Source: an uncultured delta proteobacterium
GTDB taxonomy: Bacteria; Myxococcota_A; Polyangia; Fen-1088
Reading direction: 5' to 3'
NCBI GenBank assembly: GCA_963767925.1
Contig: CAVYGB010000010.1
Span: 1,791,626-1,855,625 of the forward strand
Length of the DNA stretch: 64,000 nt
Positions 17,366-28,938 of this stretch are shown here, piece after piece. The notes under the pieces were generated by a model that was not told the DNA's origin, made no database searches, and worked only from the letters and a program-made list of their open reading frames with translations. The stretch's first letter is position 1; every line of letters begins with the position of its first letter. The position numbers were made by a program, and so were the translations under genes.

Positions 17366-19150
17366 ATGGGGGGTTGGCGACCGGCGGTCGTGCTGGTCCT
17401 GGTCGTGAGCGCGGGTTGTGTGGATCTCAGGCGGCCCGATCTGGTCCGGCTGGTCGACGGGGGCGACCCGATCGAAGACGGCGGCGATCCGACCGACGGC
17501 CCCGGCGACGACGACGGCCCTCTCGACCCGGGCGACGGCCCGCCCGACGCGCCCGAGCCGCTGCCCGCCGGCGCGCGCTGCGCGCGCCCCGACCAGTGCG
17601 GGTCCGGCTTCTGCGCCCAGGAGCACTGCTGCGACGAGGCCTGCGCCGGCACCTGTTACGCCTGCAACCTGCCGGGTGCGATGGGGACCTGCACGGCGGT
17701 GCCGGCCGGCGAGGACCCCGGGCAAGGCTGCGCCGAGGAGCCGCTGCTCTCCTGCGGGCTCGACGGCACCTGCGACGGCGCGGGCGCCTGCCGCCGCTAC
17801 CCCGCCCGCACCGAATGCCGCCCCGGGCGCTGCACCGCCGGGATGGAATACGCGGCCAGCGCCTGCGACGGCAGCGGGGCCCCCTGCCCGGAGCAGACCG
17901 TGCCCAGCGCCTGCGCCTCGGGCATGTGCACCGACAACTCGTGCGCCGCCTCCTGCAGCGGCGACGGCGCCTGCCAGGCCGGCTTCTTCTGCAACGCCGG
18001 GCGCTGCGCCGCCAAGCTGAACGCGGGGGCCGCCTGCAGCCGCGAGGGGCAGTGCATGACCGGGCACTGCGTGGACGGCGTCTGCTGCTCGAGCGCCTGC
18101 ACCGAGCTGTGCTTCGCCTGCAACACGGCCGCCGGCCCCGGGACCTGCCGGGCGGTGGCCAGCGGCGAGGACCCGCGCGCAGTCTGCCCCGCCGAGGCCG
18201 CCGCGGGCTGCGGCCGGGCGGGAGGCTGCAACGGCGCCGGCGCCTGCCGCCTGCATCCGGGCGGCACGGTGTGCGTGGGCGGAAGCTGCGCGGGCGGCAG
18301 CGAGACCCCCGCCCGCACCTGCGACGGGGTGGGCACCTGCGGCCCGAGCGCCGCGCCCCGGGCCTGCCATCCCTACGGCTGCGGGGCCAGCGCCTGCGCC
18401 GCCACCTGCGTCGACTCGACCGGCTGCACGCCCGGCTTCAGCTGCGTGGCGAACGCCTGCGTGCGCAGCCCCGGCCTGGCCCTGTTCTGGCGCTTCGAGG
18501 AGTCGAGCGGCCTCACCGTCCCCGACGACTCGGGCAACGGGCGCAGCGGCCTGGCGGTGGGCTCGACCGGCACCCCCACCCCGTCGACCACCATCCCCGC
18601 GCTGGTCCACGCCAACACCCGCAGCCGCCAGTTCTCCGGGAGCGGCCGGCAGGCGGTCCAGATCCCCCTCTCCTCCGCGCTGCGGCCGGAGAACGACTTC
18701 TCGCTGGCCGTCTGGTACCGGGCCACCGGCGTCGACAGCAGCGGCGCGGCAACCGGGTCCGAGATCATCTCGGGGGGCAACGTCTACATCCTGCGCCTGC
18801 GCCCCAATCACATCGAGTTCTCCAAGAGCGTCGATTCGGGCGGCCCCATCCAGTGCAAGGGCGACGCCCCCGGCTACCTCGACGGGCGCTGGCACCACCT
18901 GGCGGCCACCGCCAGCGGGACCGCCGGGACCCGGATCTATTACGACGGCGTCCAGAAGGGGTTCCTCTCGAACACCCAGAGCCTCGACTTCGACAAGGCG
19001 CCCCCCAGCAACGCCAACCTGTTCGTCGGCCGGCACGGCAACGGCGAGACCCAGTGGGACTTCACCGGCAACCTCGACGAGGTGCGGATCTACACCCGCG
19101 TCCTCAGCGCCGCGGAGATCCAGACCCTCGCCGCGGGCCGCAACCTGTGA
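17366..19150 (+). CDS. Lipoprotein with Cys-rich repeats and C-terminal LamG-like domain
   Basis: SAGC lipobox; repeated C..G.C.DG.CC..AC; WRFEE…DDSGNG, WHHLA, GNLDEVRIY. Confidence 0.88.
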   Translation: MGGWRPAVVLVLVVSAGCVDLRRPDLVRLVDGGDPIEDGGDPTDGPGDDDGPLDPGDGPPDAPEPLPAGARCARPDQCGSGFCAQEHCCDEACAGTCYACNLPGAMGTCTAVPAGEDPGQGCAEEPLLSCGLDGTCDGAGACRRYPARTECRPGRCTAGMEYAASACDGSGAPCPEQTVPSACASGMCTDNSCAASCSGDGACQAGFFCNAGRCAAKLNAGAACSREGQCMTGHCVDGVCCSSACTELCFACNTAAGPGTCRAVASGEDPRAVCPAEAAAGCGRAGGCNGAGACRLHPGGTVCVGGSCAGGSETPARTCDGVGTCGPSAAPRACHPYGCGASACAATCVDSTGCTPGFSCVANACVRSPGLALFWRFEESSGLTVPDDSGNGRSGLAVGSTGTPTPSTTIPALVHANTRSRQFSGSGRQAVQIPLSSALRPENDFSLAVWYRATGVDSSGAATGSEIISGGNVYILRLRPNHIEFSKSVDSGGPIQCKGDAPGYLDGRWHHLAATASGTAGTRIYYDGVQKGFLSNTQSLDFDKAPPSNANLFVGRHGNGETQWDFTGNLDEVRIYTRVLSAAEIQTLAAGRNL

Positions 19151-19169
19151 AGCAGACGAGCTTGCAGCC

Positions 19170-20111
19170 ATGAGCCGCGCCGCCTCCGCCCGCCCGCCTC
19201 TGGCGGGCGTCGCGCTGCTCGTCCCGATGGCCGTCCTCGCCGCGAGCTGCAGCGAGGCCAACTCGCGGTACCGCCACGTCTCCCTGGGCGACGGCGGCCC
19301 GACCGACGGCACGATGGATCGAGCGGGCGGGGACAGCGGCGACAGCCGGACCGACGAGGGGCGGCTTCCGGGTGGCCCGGACGACGCCGCCCGGACCGAC
19401 GCGGCGACCGCTTCCGACGCCGGCCTCGACGCCCGCATCGCGCACCTGGTCGGCTACTGGAAGTTCGACGAGCCGATGGGGTCGCCGACCGCGGCCGACT
19501 CCTCCGGCCGGGGCAACCACGGTTTGCTCGAGCAGCTCGATCCCCAGACCGCCTGGGTCCTCGGCCGGCGCGGCGGGGCCCTCGAGATCTCGGGCGCCGA
19601 CCACGAAGCCGGGGTGCGGGTCATGCCGAGCGCCTCGATCGACGGCATCCAGCGCTTCACCCTGGCGGCCTGGGCCTACCGGACCGCCGGCCTCAGCTCC
19701 TACGCCAGCGTCGTCTCCCGCCAGATCCTCGATTCCACCTACGAGGTCTACAACCTCTCGTTCACGACGGACGTCGTCAGCATCTATCTGCCGGCCAGTT
19801 CCACCCCCGGCTCCTGGCCCTACATCGCGCGCTCGACCCGCAAGAGCGTGATCCAGCAATGGATGCACCTGGCCGCCACCTTCGACGGCAACCTGGTGCG
19901 CCTCTACCTCGACGGGGTCGAGGAGGCCGTGATGGCCTACCCCCGGCCGCTCCCGGCCACCACCACCCCCCTCTACCTCGGCAACAACAAGAACCCCTCC
20001 GACGGCGAGCCCATGGTGGGCAAGATCGACGACCTGCTGCTCTTCTCCGAGGCCCTCTCGGCCAGCGAGATCGCCCAGCTCGCCGCCGGCGTGTTGCCCG
20101 CCGGCCTCTAG
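19170..20111 (+). CDS. LamG-like jellyroll lipoprotein
   Basis: AASC lipobox; GYWKFDE, DSSGRGNHG, WMHLAATFDG, GKIDD. Confidence 0.88.
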   Translation: MSRAASARPPLAGVALLVPMAVLAASCSEANSRYRHVSLGDGGPTDGTMDRAGGDSGDSRTDEGRLPGGPDDAARTDAATASDAGLDARIAHLVGYWKFDEPMGSPTAADSSGRGNHGLLEQLDPQTAWVLGRRGGALEISGADHEAGVRVMPSASIDGIQRFTLAAWAYRTAGLSSYASVVSRQILDSTYEVYNLSFTTDVVSIYLPASSTPGSWPYIARSTRKSVIQQWMHLAATFDGNLVRLYLDGVEEAVMAYPRPLPATTTPLYLGNNKNPSDGEPMVGKIDDLLLFSEALSASEIAQLAAGVLPAGL

Positions 20112-20962
20112 ACGGACGGGGCGACGATGCGCTGGCGGGAGCGGCCCAGGCCCTCGATGCCGAGCTCGACCACGTCGCCGGCCTTGAGGAAGCGGGGGGG
20201 CTTCATGAAGCAGCCCACGCCGGAGGGCGTGCCGGTGCTGATCACGTCGCCGGGCAGGAGGGTCATGAAGCGGCTGATGTAGCTGACCAGGGTGGGCACG
20301 TCGAAGATCAGGTCGGAGGTGTTGCCCCGCTGGACCCGCTCGCCGTTCACGTCGAGCCACATGTCGAGCTTGGAAGCGTCGATGGCGTCGGTGGTGACGA
20401 GCTCGGGCCCCAGCGGCGCGAAGGTGTCGCACCCCTTGCCCTTGTCCCACTGGCCACCGCGCTCGAGCTGGTACTCCCGCTCCGAGTAGTCGTTGTGGAG
20501 CACGAAGCCGGCCACGTGCTCGAGGGCCCGGGCCTGCTCGACGTAGGCCGCCCGCTTGCCGATGACGACGCCCAGCTCGACCTCCCAGTCGGTCTTGACC
20601 GAGCCGCGGGGCAAGACCAGGTCGTCGTTGGGGCCGCACAGGGCGGTCGTCGCCTTGAGGAAGAGGACCGGCTCCCTGGGCGGGTCCTGCCCCTGCTCGC
20701 GGGCGTGGCCGTGGAAGTTCATCCCCACGCAGACGATCTTGCTCGGCCGGTGCACCACCGGGCCCAGCCGCTGGTCGGCCGCGACCTGGGGGCAGCGGCC
20801 CTGGTGCTCCGGCACCCAGGCCCGCAGGCGGTCGAGGCCGTCGCCCCCGAAGAACGCCTCGTCGTAGTCCTGTCCGAAGGCGCTGACATCGATCCACTCG
20901 CCGGTCGCCAGCACGACGCCTGGCCGCTCCTTGCCCGCTGGCCCGAAACGAAAAAGCTTCAT
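20108..20962 (-). CDS. Fumarylacetoacetate hydrolase-family protein
   Basis: KIVCVGMNF, DWEVELGVVIG, NDYSER, GKGCDTF, TGTPSGVG. Confidence 0.93.
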   Translation of the reverse strand: MKLFRFGPAGKERPGVVLATGEWIDVSAFGQDYDEAFFGGDGLDRLRAWVPEHQGRCPQVAADQRLGPVVHRPSKIVCVGMNFHGHAREQGQDPPREPVLFLKATTALCGPNDDLVLPRGSVKTDWEVELGVVIGKRAAYVEQARALEHVAGFVLHNDYSEREYQLERGGQWDKGKGCDTFAPLGPELVTTDAIDASKLDMWLDVNGERVQRGNTSDLIFDVPTLVSYISRFMTLLPGDVISTGTPSGVGCFMKPPRFLKAGDVVELGIEGLGRSRQRIVAPSV

Positions 20963-21098
20963 GGCGATCTCCATATCATGGGGACGCCCGACCCCACCGA
21001 CAACCTCACGCCGCAGGCGGCCTTCCCCCGGGCTCGCGCTGCCGGGTGGAGCAGGATGTTAGATTGGGGCCATCGGAGCCAGGGGAGCAGGAGCGCGG

Positions 21099-21176
21099 AT
21101 GAACGTCGTCGTGTTTGGCGCCACCGGGATGGTGGGCCGGGGCGTGCTGCTGGAGTGCCTCGAAGACCCGAGAACG
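21099..21176 (+). pseudogene. N-terminal fragment of an NAD(P)-binding epimerase/SDR
   Basis: RBS aggag then MNVVVFGATGMVGRGVLLECLEDPR; similarity ends abruptly. Confidence 0.65.
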
Positions 21177-21271
21177 GGACTGCGGTACTGCGACGCTTCC
21201 TCACAGGCTCGTGAGGTGAACGGGCAGGGGCTCTGCGAAGAACCCTCGCCGGGGGCCTCCCACTCTCGTGA

Positions 21272-22519
21272 TCAGGGGGCGGGGGGGGTCCAGAAGGCGA
21301 AGTTGACGGGCTTGGAGAGCTTGACCTTGCGGGGGGCGGGCTTGAGCTTGCCGGTGGCGGGGTCGATGCGGAAGGTGACGATGTCGTCGGAGTTCTGGTG
21401 GCCGACGAGCAGGAGCTTGCCGCTGGGGTCGATCTTGAAGTCGCGCGGCTCGCGGCCGCCGCTGGGGACGTTCTCGACCGAGGTGAGCTTGCCCGAGGCC
21501 TCGTCGACCGAGAAGACCTGAATGCTGTCGTGGCCCCGGTTGGAGATGTAGACGAAGCGGCCGTCGGCGCTGATCTGCAGGCCGGCGTTGTTGCTGGGCT
21601 TGTCGTACGGCTGGGGGATGGTGCTCAGGGTCTGCAGGGGCTGCGCCTTGAGATCGCCGCTGGCCGGGTCGCGGGCGAACACCGAGGCCGCGGTGGCGAG
21701 CTCGTTGTTGGTAAAGAGGAACTTCTTGCTGGGATGGACGCCCAGGTGGCGGGGGCCGCTGCCCGGCGGCAGGGTGGCGAAGGGCGCGGCGGCGTGCGGC
21801 TTGAGGTGGCCGCTGGCGGCGTCGAGGTCGTAGACCATCACCTTGTCGAGGCCCAGGTCGGCGACGTAGACCACGCCGGGCGTGGGGCCCTCGGTGATGA
21901 AGTGGGCGTGGGCCATGTCCTGGTTGACGTGGGGGCCGTGGGTGCCGGCGTTGGGCACCGTGTTGCCCTCGAGCAGCCCGCCGTCCGGGCCCACCCGGTA
22001 GCTGGAGACGTTGCCGCCGCTGTAGTTGGCGACAAGCACGTGCGCGCCCGAGGCGGTGAGCGAGACGTGGCAGGGGTCGGCCCCGTGCGAGGAGACCTGG
22101 TTGATGAGCTTGAGCTTGCCCGCCTTGTCGATGGTGTAGGCGCTGACCCCGCCCTCGCGCTCGCCGCCGAAGTCACCGACCTCGTTGACCGCGTAGAGGT
22201 ACTTGCCGCCGGGATGCACCGCCAGCCAGGAGGGGTTGTCGGACTTGATGGCCAGCGCGGGCGTGCTCAGCGCGCCGGTGCGCGTGTCGAGGGTCGCCCG
22301 GTAGATCCCCTGGCTCTTGCAGGCCGCGGTGTTCTTGTTCTGGGGCGGGCAGGCCCAGCCGCGGGTGTAGGTGCCGATGAAAACCGTGACCTTGCCCGGC
22401 GGGGTCTGCGCCTGGGCGGCGCTCCCGGCCAGCGCCGCGAAGGTCAGCAAGAAGGCCAGACCGGCGGCCAGGTCGGAGGCCAGGTGACGGGCCAGGAGGG
22501 ATCTCGTTGCTGATTTCAT
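21272..22519 (-). CDS. Secreted lactonase (6-phosphogluconolactonase/YbhE family)
   Basis: FIGTYT, NPSWL, ANYSGG, GSGPRH, SNRGHDSI, PRDF. Confidence 0.92.
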   Translation of the reverse strand: MKSATRSLLARHLASDLAAGLAFLLTFAALAGSAAQAQTPPGKVTVFIGTYTRGWACPPQNKNTAACKSQGIYRATLDTRTGALSTPALAIKSDNPSWLAVHPGGKYLYAVNEVGDFGGEREGGVSAYTIDKAGKLKLINQVSSHGADPCHVSLTASGAHVLVANYSGGNVSSYRVGPDGGLLEGNTVPNAGTHGPHVNQDMAHAHFITEGPTPGVVYVADLGLDKVMVYDLDAASGHLKPHAAAPFATLPPGSGPRHLGVHPSKKFLFTNNELATAASVFARDPASGDLKAQPLQTLSTIPQPYDKPSNNAGLQISADGRFVYISNRGHDSIQVFSVDEASGKLTSVENVPSGGREPRDFKIDPSGKLLLVGHQNSDDIVTFRIDPATGKLKPAPRKVKLSKPVNFAFWTPPAP

Positions 22520-22658
22520 CGGCGAACTCCGCGGGAGCAAATTCCCGCTGGAGTTACGCAACAACCGTGGCCCAGGTCAAGCGCCGCCCGGGCCGGGCCG
22601 GCGGGCCGGGCGGCCGTGACCGGGAAAGTCCGTGTCGATGAGCAGAATCGCCCGAGGC

Positions 22659-24341
22659 TCACGGGGCGACGGAGGGCGGCGGCGCCAGGCGCTTCCACAG
22701 CACCCACTGGCCGTGGGCGCTCACCACGCCGACCGCGCCCGGCGGGACGAAACGCATGGGATCGACGGGCACGCCCCCCACCGGCAGCTCCTGCAGGAAG
22801 TAGTCGTAGCCGGACGCGTGTCGTTCCCACACGAAGGCGCGCGGGTCGCCCCAGGGGGGCGACGGGGGCGGCTCCTTCATCGTGATCCAGTAGGCCCCGG
22901 GGTGACCGCCGAGGTAGGGCACCACCCGGCCGCCCTTGCGGGCGACGTAGATCTGCGGGAGGTAGGGGTGCCCCTCGGTGTAGTGGTCGTCGGGCAGATC
23001 CGGGAACACAAGCACCGACTGGCCGGGCGGGATCGCCGCCAGGGCCGGCTCGAGGCCGACCAGCACCTGGCCGCGCCAGTAGGTGGCGAAGTCGTAGGTA
23101 ATGTAGCCGGTCATGGCCAGGCCGGCGGCCAGCGCGGGGGCAGCGGCCCAGGTGGGCAGCCCGCGCGGGCGCACCCGCACCAGCGCCACCAGCACGAGGA
23201 AGAGGGGCATCACGCAGCGGACCCGCACGCCCCACCAGAAGTCCGGCCACATGAGCTTCATGGGCAGAAACAGGTACCCCGCCGCGAACAGCGCCGCCGG
23301 CCAGCCCAGCCCGGCCACCCGCAGCGGATCCAGCCGCCGCCAGAGGGGCACGCGCGGGGGCGGATCGCCGGGCGCCGCCTCCGATCGCTCCGCGCCGGGT
23401 GCTGGCGCGGTCGCGGTGGCGCCAGCCGGCGCCGGCGGGCGGGCGCCGAACGCCAGGAACGCGGCCAGCGACAGCAGGGCCACCGCGGGGGCCAGCTCGT
23501 CCCAGCCGGTCTCGTACCCGTTGCCCAGCCACTTCAGGAACTGCGCGCCGTCCGACAGCGCCGGCAGGCCCAGGTTCATCTCGACCAGCACCCGGCGGAG
23601 CAGCGACACCTCGCCGGTGCGCCCGCCGAAGAAGCTGCCGGCCCACTGGAAGAGGAACAGCCCCACCGGCAGGAGGGTCGCCAGGCCCGGCGCCAGCCGC
23701 CGCAGGCGCGCGCCCCACCCGCCGCCGCCAGCCAGGGCGGGCCACAGCAGCAGGGGCGCCACCGCCGCCAGGGTCAGGGCCAGGGGGAACGGGTGCGCCG
23801 CCGCCACGAACAGCAACGCCGCCGCCAGGCCGAGGTGGTTGCCCACCCCCGGCCTGTCGATCGACCGCCGCGCGAAGGCCAGCGCCAGCACGATGCCGGT
23901 GATGGCGGCGCTGCTGCCGAGAAAGCCGAACCAGACCTGGTGGTGGTAGCTGACCGGCAGCACCAGCAGCGCCAGGTGGAGCGGCCGCCCGAACGCCGAC
24001 AGCAGCAGCAGGACGGCGAGCAGCGGCCCCAGCAGCGAGAACAGCGCCGTGAACACCGTGAAGGCGATGTCCATCGGCACCCCCACGGCCCCCGCCAGGT
24101 AGGCCCACCCGAAGTACAGCGACGACGGATAGGCCCGGATGTCGATGTCGTACAGCTCGCGCACGCGCGCGCCCGGGTCGTCGCGCAGGGCCAGGGCGCC
24201 CCCCAGACCGATCACGCCCGAGGCGTCGTGAAACGGCAGCAGCCGGCCCCCCAGCAGGGGCAGGAGCAGCCCCAGCACCCCCGCCGCGAGGCCCAGGGCC
24301 CACCAGCGCCCCCGGAGGCGCCGCAAGAGAAGCTCACCCAT
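22659..24341 (-). CDS. Polytopic membrane protein, possibly GT-C-type glycosyltransferase-like
   Basis: About ten hydrophobic helices; LPFHD motif in the first loop; soluble C-terminal domain. Confidence 0.55.
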   Translation of the reverse strand: MGELLLRRLRGRWWALGLAAGVLGLLLPLLGGRLLPFHDASGVIGLGGALALRDDPGARVRELYDIDIRAYPSSLYFGWAYLAGAVGVPMDIAFTVFTALFSLLGPLLAVLLLLSAFGRPLHLALLVLPVSYHHQVWFGFLGSSAAITGIVLALAFARRSIDRPGVGNHLGLAAALLFVAAAHPFPLALTLAAVAPLLLWPALAGGGGWGARLRRLAPGLATLLPVGLFLFQWAGSFFGGRTGEVSLLRRVLVEMNLGLPALSDGAQFLKWLGNGYETGWDELAPAVALLSLAAFLAFGARPPAPAGATATAPAPGAERSEAAPGDPPPRVPLWRRLDPLRVAGLGWPAALFAAGYLFLPMKLMWPDFWWGVRVRCVMPLFLVLVALVRVRPRGLPTWAAAPALAAGLAMTGYITYDFATYWRGQVLVGLEPALAAIPPGQSVLVFPDLPDDHYTEGHPYLPQIYVARKGGRVVPYLGGHPGAYWITMKEPPPSPPWGDPRAFVWERHASGYDYFLQELPVGGVPVDPMRFVPPGAVGVVSAHGQWVLWKRLAPPPSVAP

Positions 24342-24411
24342 GCCGCCCGGACTGTAGCCCGCCCCCGCCCCGACAGCGACCTCGCCCGGGTCAGCCCGGG
24401 CGGCGGCCGGC

Positions 24412-25293
24412 TCAGATGAGCTGGGCGAGGGCCTCCTCGAGCGAGGCGAGGTAGCTGCGGCCGAACAGGTTGACGTGCACGAGCAGGGGGTAAAGCTGGT
24501 AGAGCGGCAGCCGCTCCTCGTGGCCGGGCTCCAGGGGATAGGCCTCCTGGTAGGCGTCGAACACCCGCGGGGAGAAGCCGCCGAACAGGCGCATCATCGC
24601 CAGGTCGACCTCGCGGTGGCCGCCGTGGACGGCGGGGTCGATCAGGCAGGGGCCGCCGGTCTCGTCGACCATGAGGTTGCCGCCCCACAGGTCGCCGTGC
24701 AGGCGGGCGGGCGGCTCGGGGGGGCCGACCAGGACCTCGAGGGTGTCCATCACCCGCTCGAGGCCCCGCCGGGCCAGGGGCGAGGCCAGGCTCCGCTCCA
24801 CCGCCCGCTGGAGCTGGGGGCCCAGCCGGCAGGCCCGGTAGAACTCGGCCCAGGTCTTGTGGGGGACGTTGCGCTGGGGCAGCAGGCCGATGAAGTTGTC
24901 GTGGTCGAGCCCGAAGCCGGGGGCGCTGAACCGGTGCAGCGCCGCCAGGCCGCGGCCCAGGTTCTCGTCGAAGTCGCGGCGGCGCGGCCCCTGCCGGATG
25001 TATTCGAGCACCAGGAAGGTGGGCCCCGCCGCCCCGGCGCCGACCGCCAGCACGCGGGGCAGCCGCAGGGCGCCCGCCTCGGCCAGCCAGGTGAGCCCCC
25101 GGGCCTCGGTCCAGAACATCGGCCGGGGCGCGTCCTTGTTGGTCTTCACGAACACCACGTCGCCGCCGGCCAGCTCGAAGGCGAAGGCCTCGTTGATGTC
25201 GCCGCCGGCCAGGGGCGAGCCCCGGAGCACGGCCTTGCCCAGCGCCTGGCTGACGGCCTGGATGAGGGCGGCGTCGGGTCCGGCGACCGTCAT
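24412..25293 (-). CDS. Fructosamine kinase family protein
   Basis: GGDINEA, FVK, LHGDLWGGN, IDPA..GHREVDLAM. Confidence 0.93.
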   Translation of the reverse strand: MTVAGPDAALIQAVSQALGKAVLRGSPLAGGDINEAFAFELAGGDVVFVKTNKDAPRPMFWTEARGLTWLAEAGALRLPRVLAVGAGAAGPTFLVLEYIRQGPRRRDFDENLGRGLAALHRFSAPGFGLDHDNFIGLLPQRNVPHKTWAEFYRACRLGPQLQRAVERSLASPLARRGLERVMDTLEVLVGPPEPPARLHGDLWGGNLMVDETGGPCLIDPAVHGGHREVDLAMMRLFGGFSPRVFDAYQEAYPLEPGHEERLPLYQLYPLLVHVNLFGRSYLASLEEALAQLI

Positions 25294-25814
25294 GGCAGCC
25301 CGTGCTTCTGCCGGAGGTGGGCGAGCAGGCCCCGGCAGGACCGCTCGCAGATGTCGATCACCTCGTCGAACCCCTCGGGCCCGCCGTAATAGGGATCGGG
25401 GACGTCGTTTTCCGCGGGGTCGGCCGGGTCGGCGCCGGCCGGCTCGAAGGCGCGCAGCAGGTGGATCTTGGCCCGGGCGGCGTCGTCGGGGGCCAGGCGG
25501 CGCAGGTTGGCCAGGTTCTGCCGGTCCATGGCCAGGACGTAGTCGAAGCGGGCAAAGTCCGCGGCCTGGAACTGGCGGGCGGCCCCCGAAAGCGGCATGC
25601 CCCGGCGGCGCCCCACCTCGATGCTGCGGCGGTCGCGGGGCGCGCCCACGTGCCAGTCGCCGGTCCCGGCGCTGTCGATCAACACCCGGTCGGTCAGGCC
25701 CGCCTCGCGCACCAGGTGGCGCATGACCGCCTCGGCGGTGGGCGAGCGGCAGATGTTGCCGAGGCAGACGAAGCTCAGCCGCAGCTTTGCAGGGGCAGGC
25801 GCATGGTCGGCCAC
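25290..25814 (-). CDS. Low-molecular-weight protein-tyrosine phosphatase
   Basis: FVCLGNICRSP P-loop; DPYYG. Confidence 0.95.
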   Translation of the reverse strand: MADHAPAPAKLRLSFVCLGNICRSPTAEAVMRHLVREAGLTDRVLIDSAGTGDWHVGAPRDRRSIEVGRRRGMPLSGAARQFQAADFARFDYVLAMDRQNLANLRRLAPDDAARAKIHLLRAFEPAGADPADPAENDVPDPYYGGPEGFDEVIDICERSCRGLLAHLRQKHGLP

Positions 25815-25818
25815 GCGC

Positions 25819-27243
<1,425 letters not shown>

Positions 27244-27309
27244 CCGAAGGCCTTTTTATAACACCCACACTGGAAACGATCCCGCGCTTTTGGTGTACAT
27301 TGCCGCCTC

Positions 27310-28692
27310 ATGACGGCCGCTGGTTCCGGTGTCGCGGTGAATGGCCCCACCTTGCGCCGCGCGCTCAAGCTGCGCCACCTGATCCTCTATGGCGTGGTCG
27401 TGATCCAGCCGGTCGCGCCCATGTCCGTGTTCGGGGTGCTCGACCAGCGCAGCCAGGGGCACGCGGTCACCACCATCCTCATCGCGATGGTGGCGATGCT
27501 GCTGACCGCCTTCAGCTACGGCCGCATGGCCCGGGTCTACCCCAGCGCCGGCTCGGCCTTCACCTACGTGGGCCAGGAGATCAGCCCCGCCGCCGGCTAT
27601 GTCACGGGCTGGAGCATGGTCATGGACTACATGCTCAATCCGATGATCTGCATCGTCTGGTGCAGCAAGGCGGCGATGGACTTCCTTCCGGGGGTCCCCT
27701 TCGGCGTGTTCGCGGTAGCGTTTTTCCTGCTGTTCACCGCGCTCAACCTGCGGGGGGTCGAGGTCTCGGCCCGCTTCAACACCTTGCTGGCCGCCGCCAT
27801 GGGCGTGGTCATCATCGTCTTCCTGGTGGCGGCGGTCCGCTACATCCTGGCCCACTTCGACGGGGGGGCCACCGCCCTCAGCCGCCCGCTCTACGACCCC
27901 GACCGCTGGAGCTCCAGCGCGGTGCTCACCGGAACGTCGATCGCGGTGCTCACGTACATCGGGTTCGACGGCATCTCGACCCTGTCCGAGGAGGTCGAGA
28001 ACCCCCGCCGCAACATCCTGCTGGCCACCGTGCTGACCTGTCTCGTCATCGGCATCCTCTCGGCGATCGAGGTCTACGCCGCCCAGCTCATCTGGCCGGC
28101 GGGCGAGCCCTTCCCGAAGGTGGAGACCGCCTTCGCCCACGCGGCCATGCGCGCCGGAGGCTACGGGCTGTTTGTCGTCATCATGGCCACCCTCATGGTG
28201 GCCAACTCCGGCTCGGGCACCGGCGCCCAGCTCGGGGCGGCGCGCCTGCTCTACGGCATGGGTCGCAGCGGCGCCCTGCCCCGCACCTTCTTCGGCTACC
28301 TGTCGCCGCGGACCCGGGTGCCGCGCAACAACGTCATCCTGGTCGGCCTGGTCGCCCTGACCGGCTCGTTCGTGCTCGAGCTGACGGGTGGCTACGACCT
28401 CGGCGCCCAGCTCCTGAACTTCGGCGCCCTCATCGCCTTCATGGGCGTCAACCTGGCCGCCCTCGTGCACTCGGCCCGCCGCCCCTCGATGCGCACGGTG
28501 GGCAACCTGCTGCCGCCCCTGTTCGGCTTCCTGATCTGCCTGGTGCTGTGGGTGAACCTGACCCGCACCGCCAAGGTCGCCGGGTTCGCCTGGCTGGCGG
28601 TCGGGATCGCCTTCGGCGCCTGGAAGACCCGGGGCTTCCGGGGCAACCTGGTCAACTTCGACCTCCCGAGCGACGACTCCGGCAAGACCTGA
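27310..28692 (+). CDS. APC-family amino acid/polyamine permease (PuuP-like)
   Basis: PSAGSAFTY, GFDGISTLSEE, NFGALIAF. Confidence 0.9.
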   Translation: MTAAGSGVAVNGPTLRRALKLRHLILYGVVVIQPVAPMSVFGVLDQRSQGHAVTTILIAMVAMLLTAFSYGRMARVYPSAGSAFTYVGQEISPAAGYVTGWSMVMDYMLNPMICIVWCSKAAMDFLPGVPFGVFAVAFFLLFTALNLRGVEVSARFNTLLAAAMGVVIIVFLVAAVRYILAHFDGGATALSRPLYDPDRWSSSAVLTGTSIAVLTYIGFDGISTLSEEVENPRRNILLATVLTCLVIGILSAIEVYAAQLIWPAGEPFPKVETAFAHAAMRAGGYGLFVVIMATLMVANSGSGTGAQLGAARLLYGMGRSGALPRTFFGYLSPRTRVPRNNVILVGLVALTGSFVLELTGGYDLGAQLLNFGALIAFMGVNLAALVHSARRPSMRTVGNLLPPLFGFLICLVLWVNLTRTAKVAGFAWLAVGIAFGAWKTRGFRGNLVNFDLPSDDSGKT

Positions 28693-28938
28693 CCGACGCG
28701 GGCGACGCGCCCGCTGCCGGTGCGGTGCGCGCGGCGGGCGCACGAGCTGGCCGCTCCTGACGCGTCCGCGAGCGGCCGCGCGGGGCGCCTTCTCGCGAGG
28801 GCGGACCCGCGAGGGAGGTGTCATGCTTTTCGGGGACGAGGCGGTGGATGGTGGGCAGAGGCCGCGGGGTTCCCGGCGTCACGGGGGTCGGGTCCGGCAC
28901 ATGCCCTGCAACGGTGGCTGCCCAGGGGAGGTCGCACC

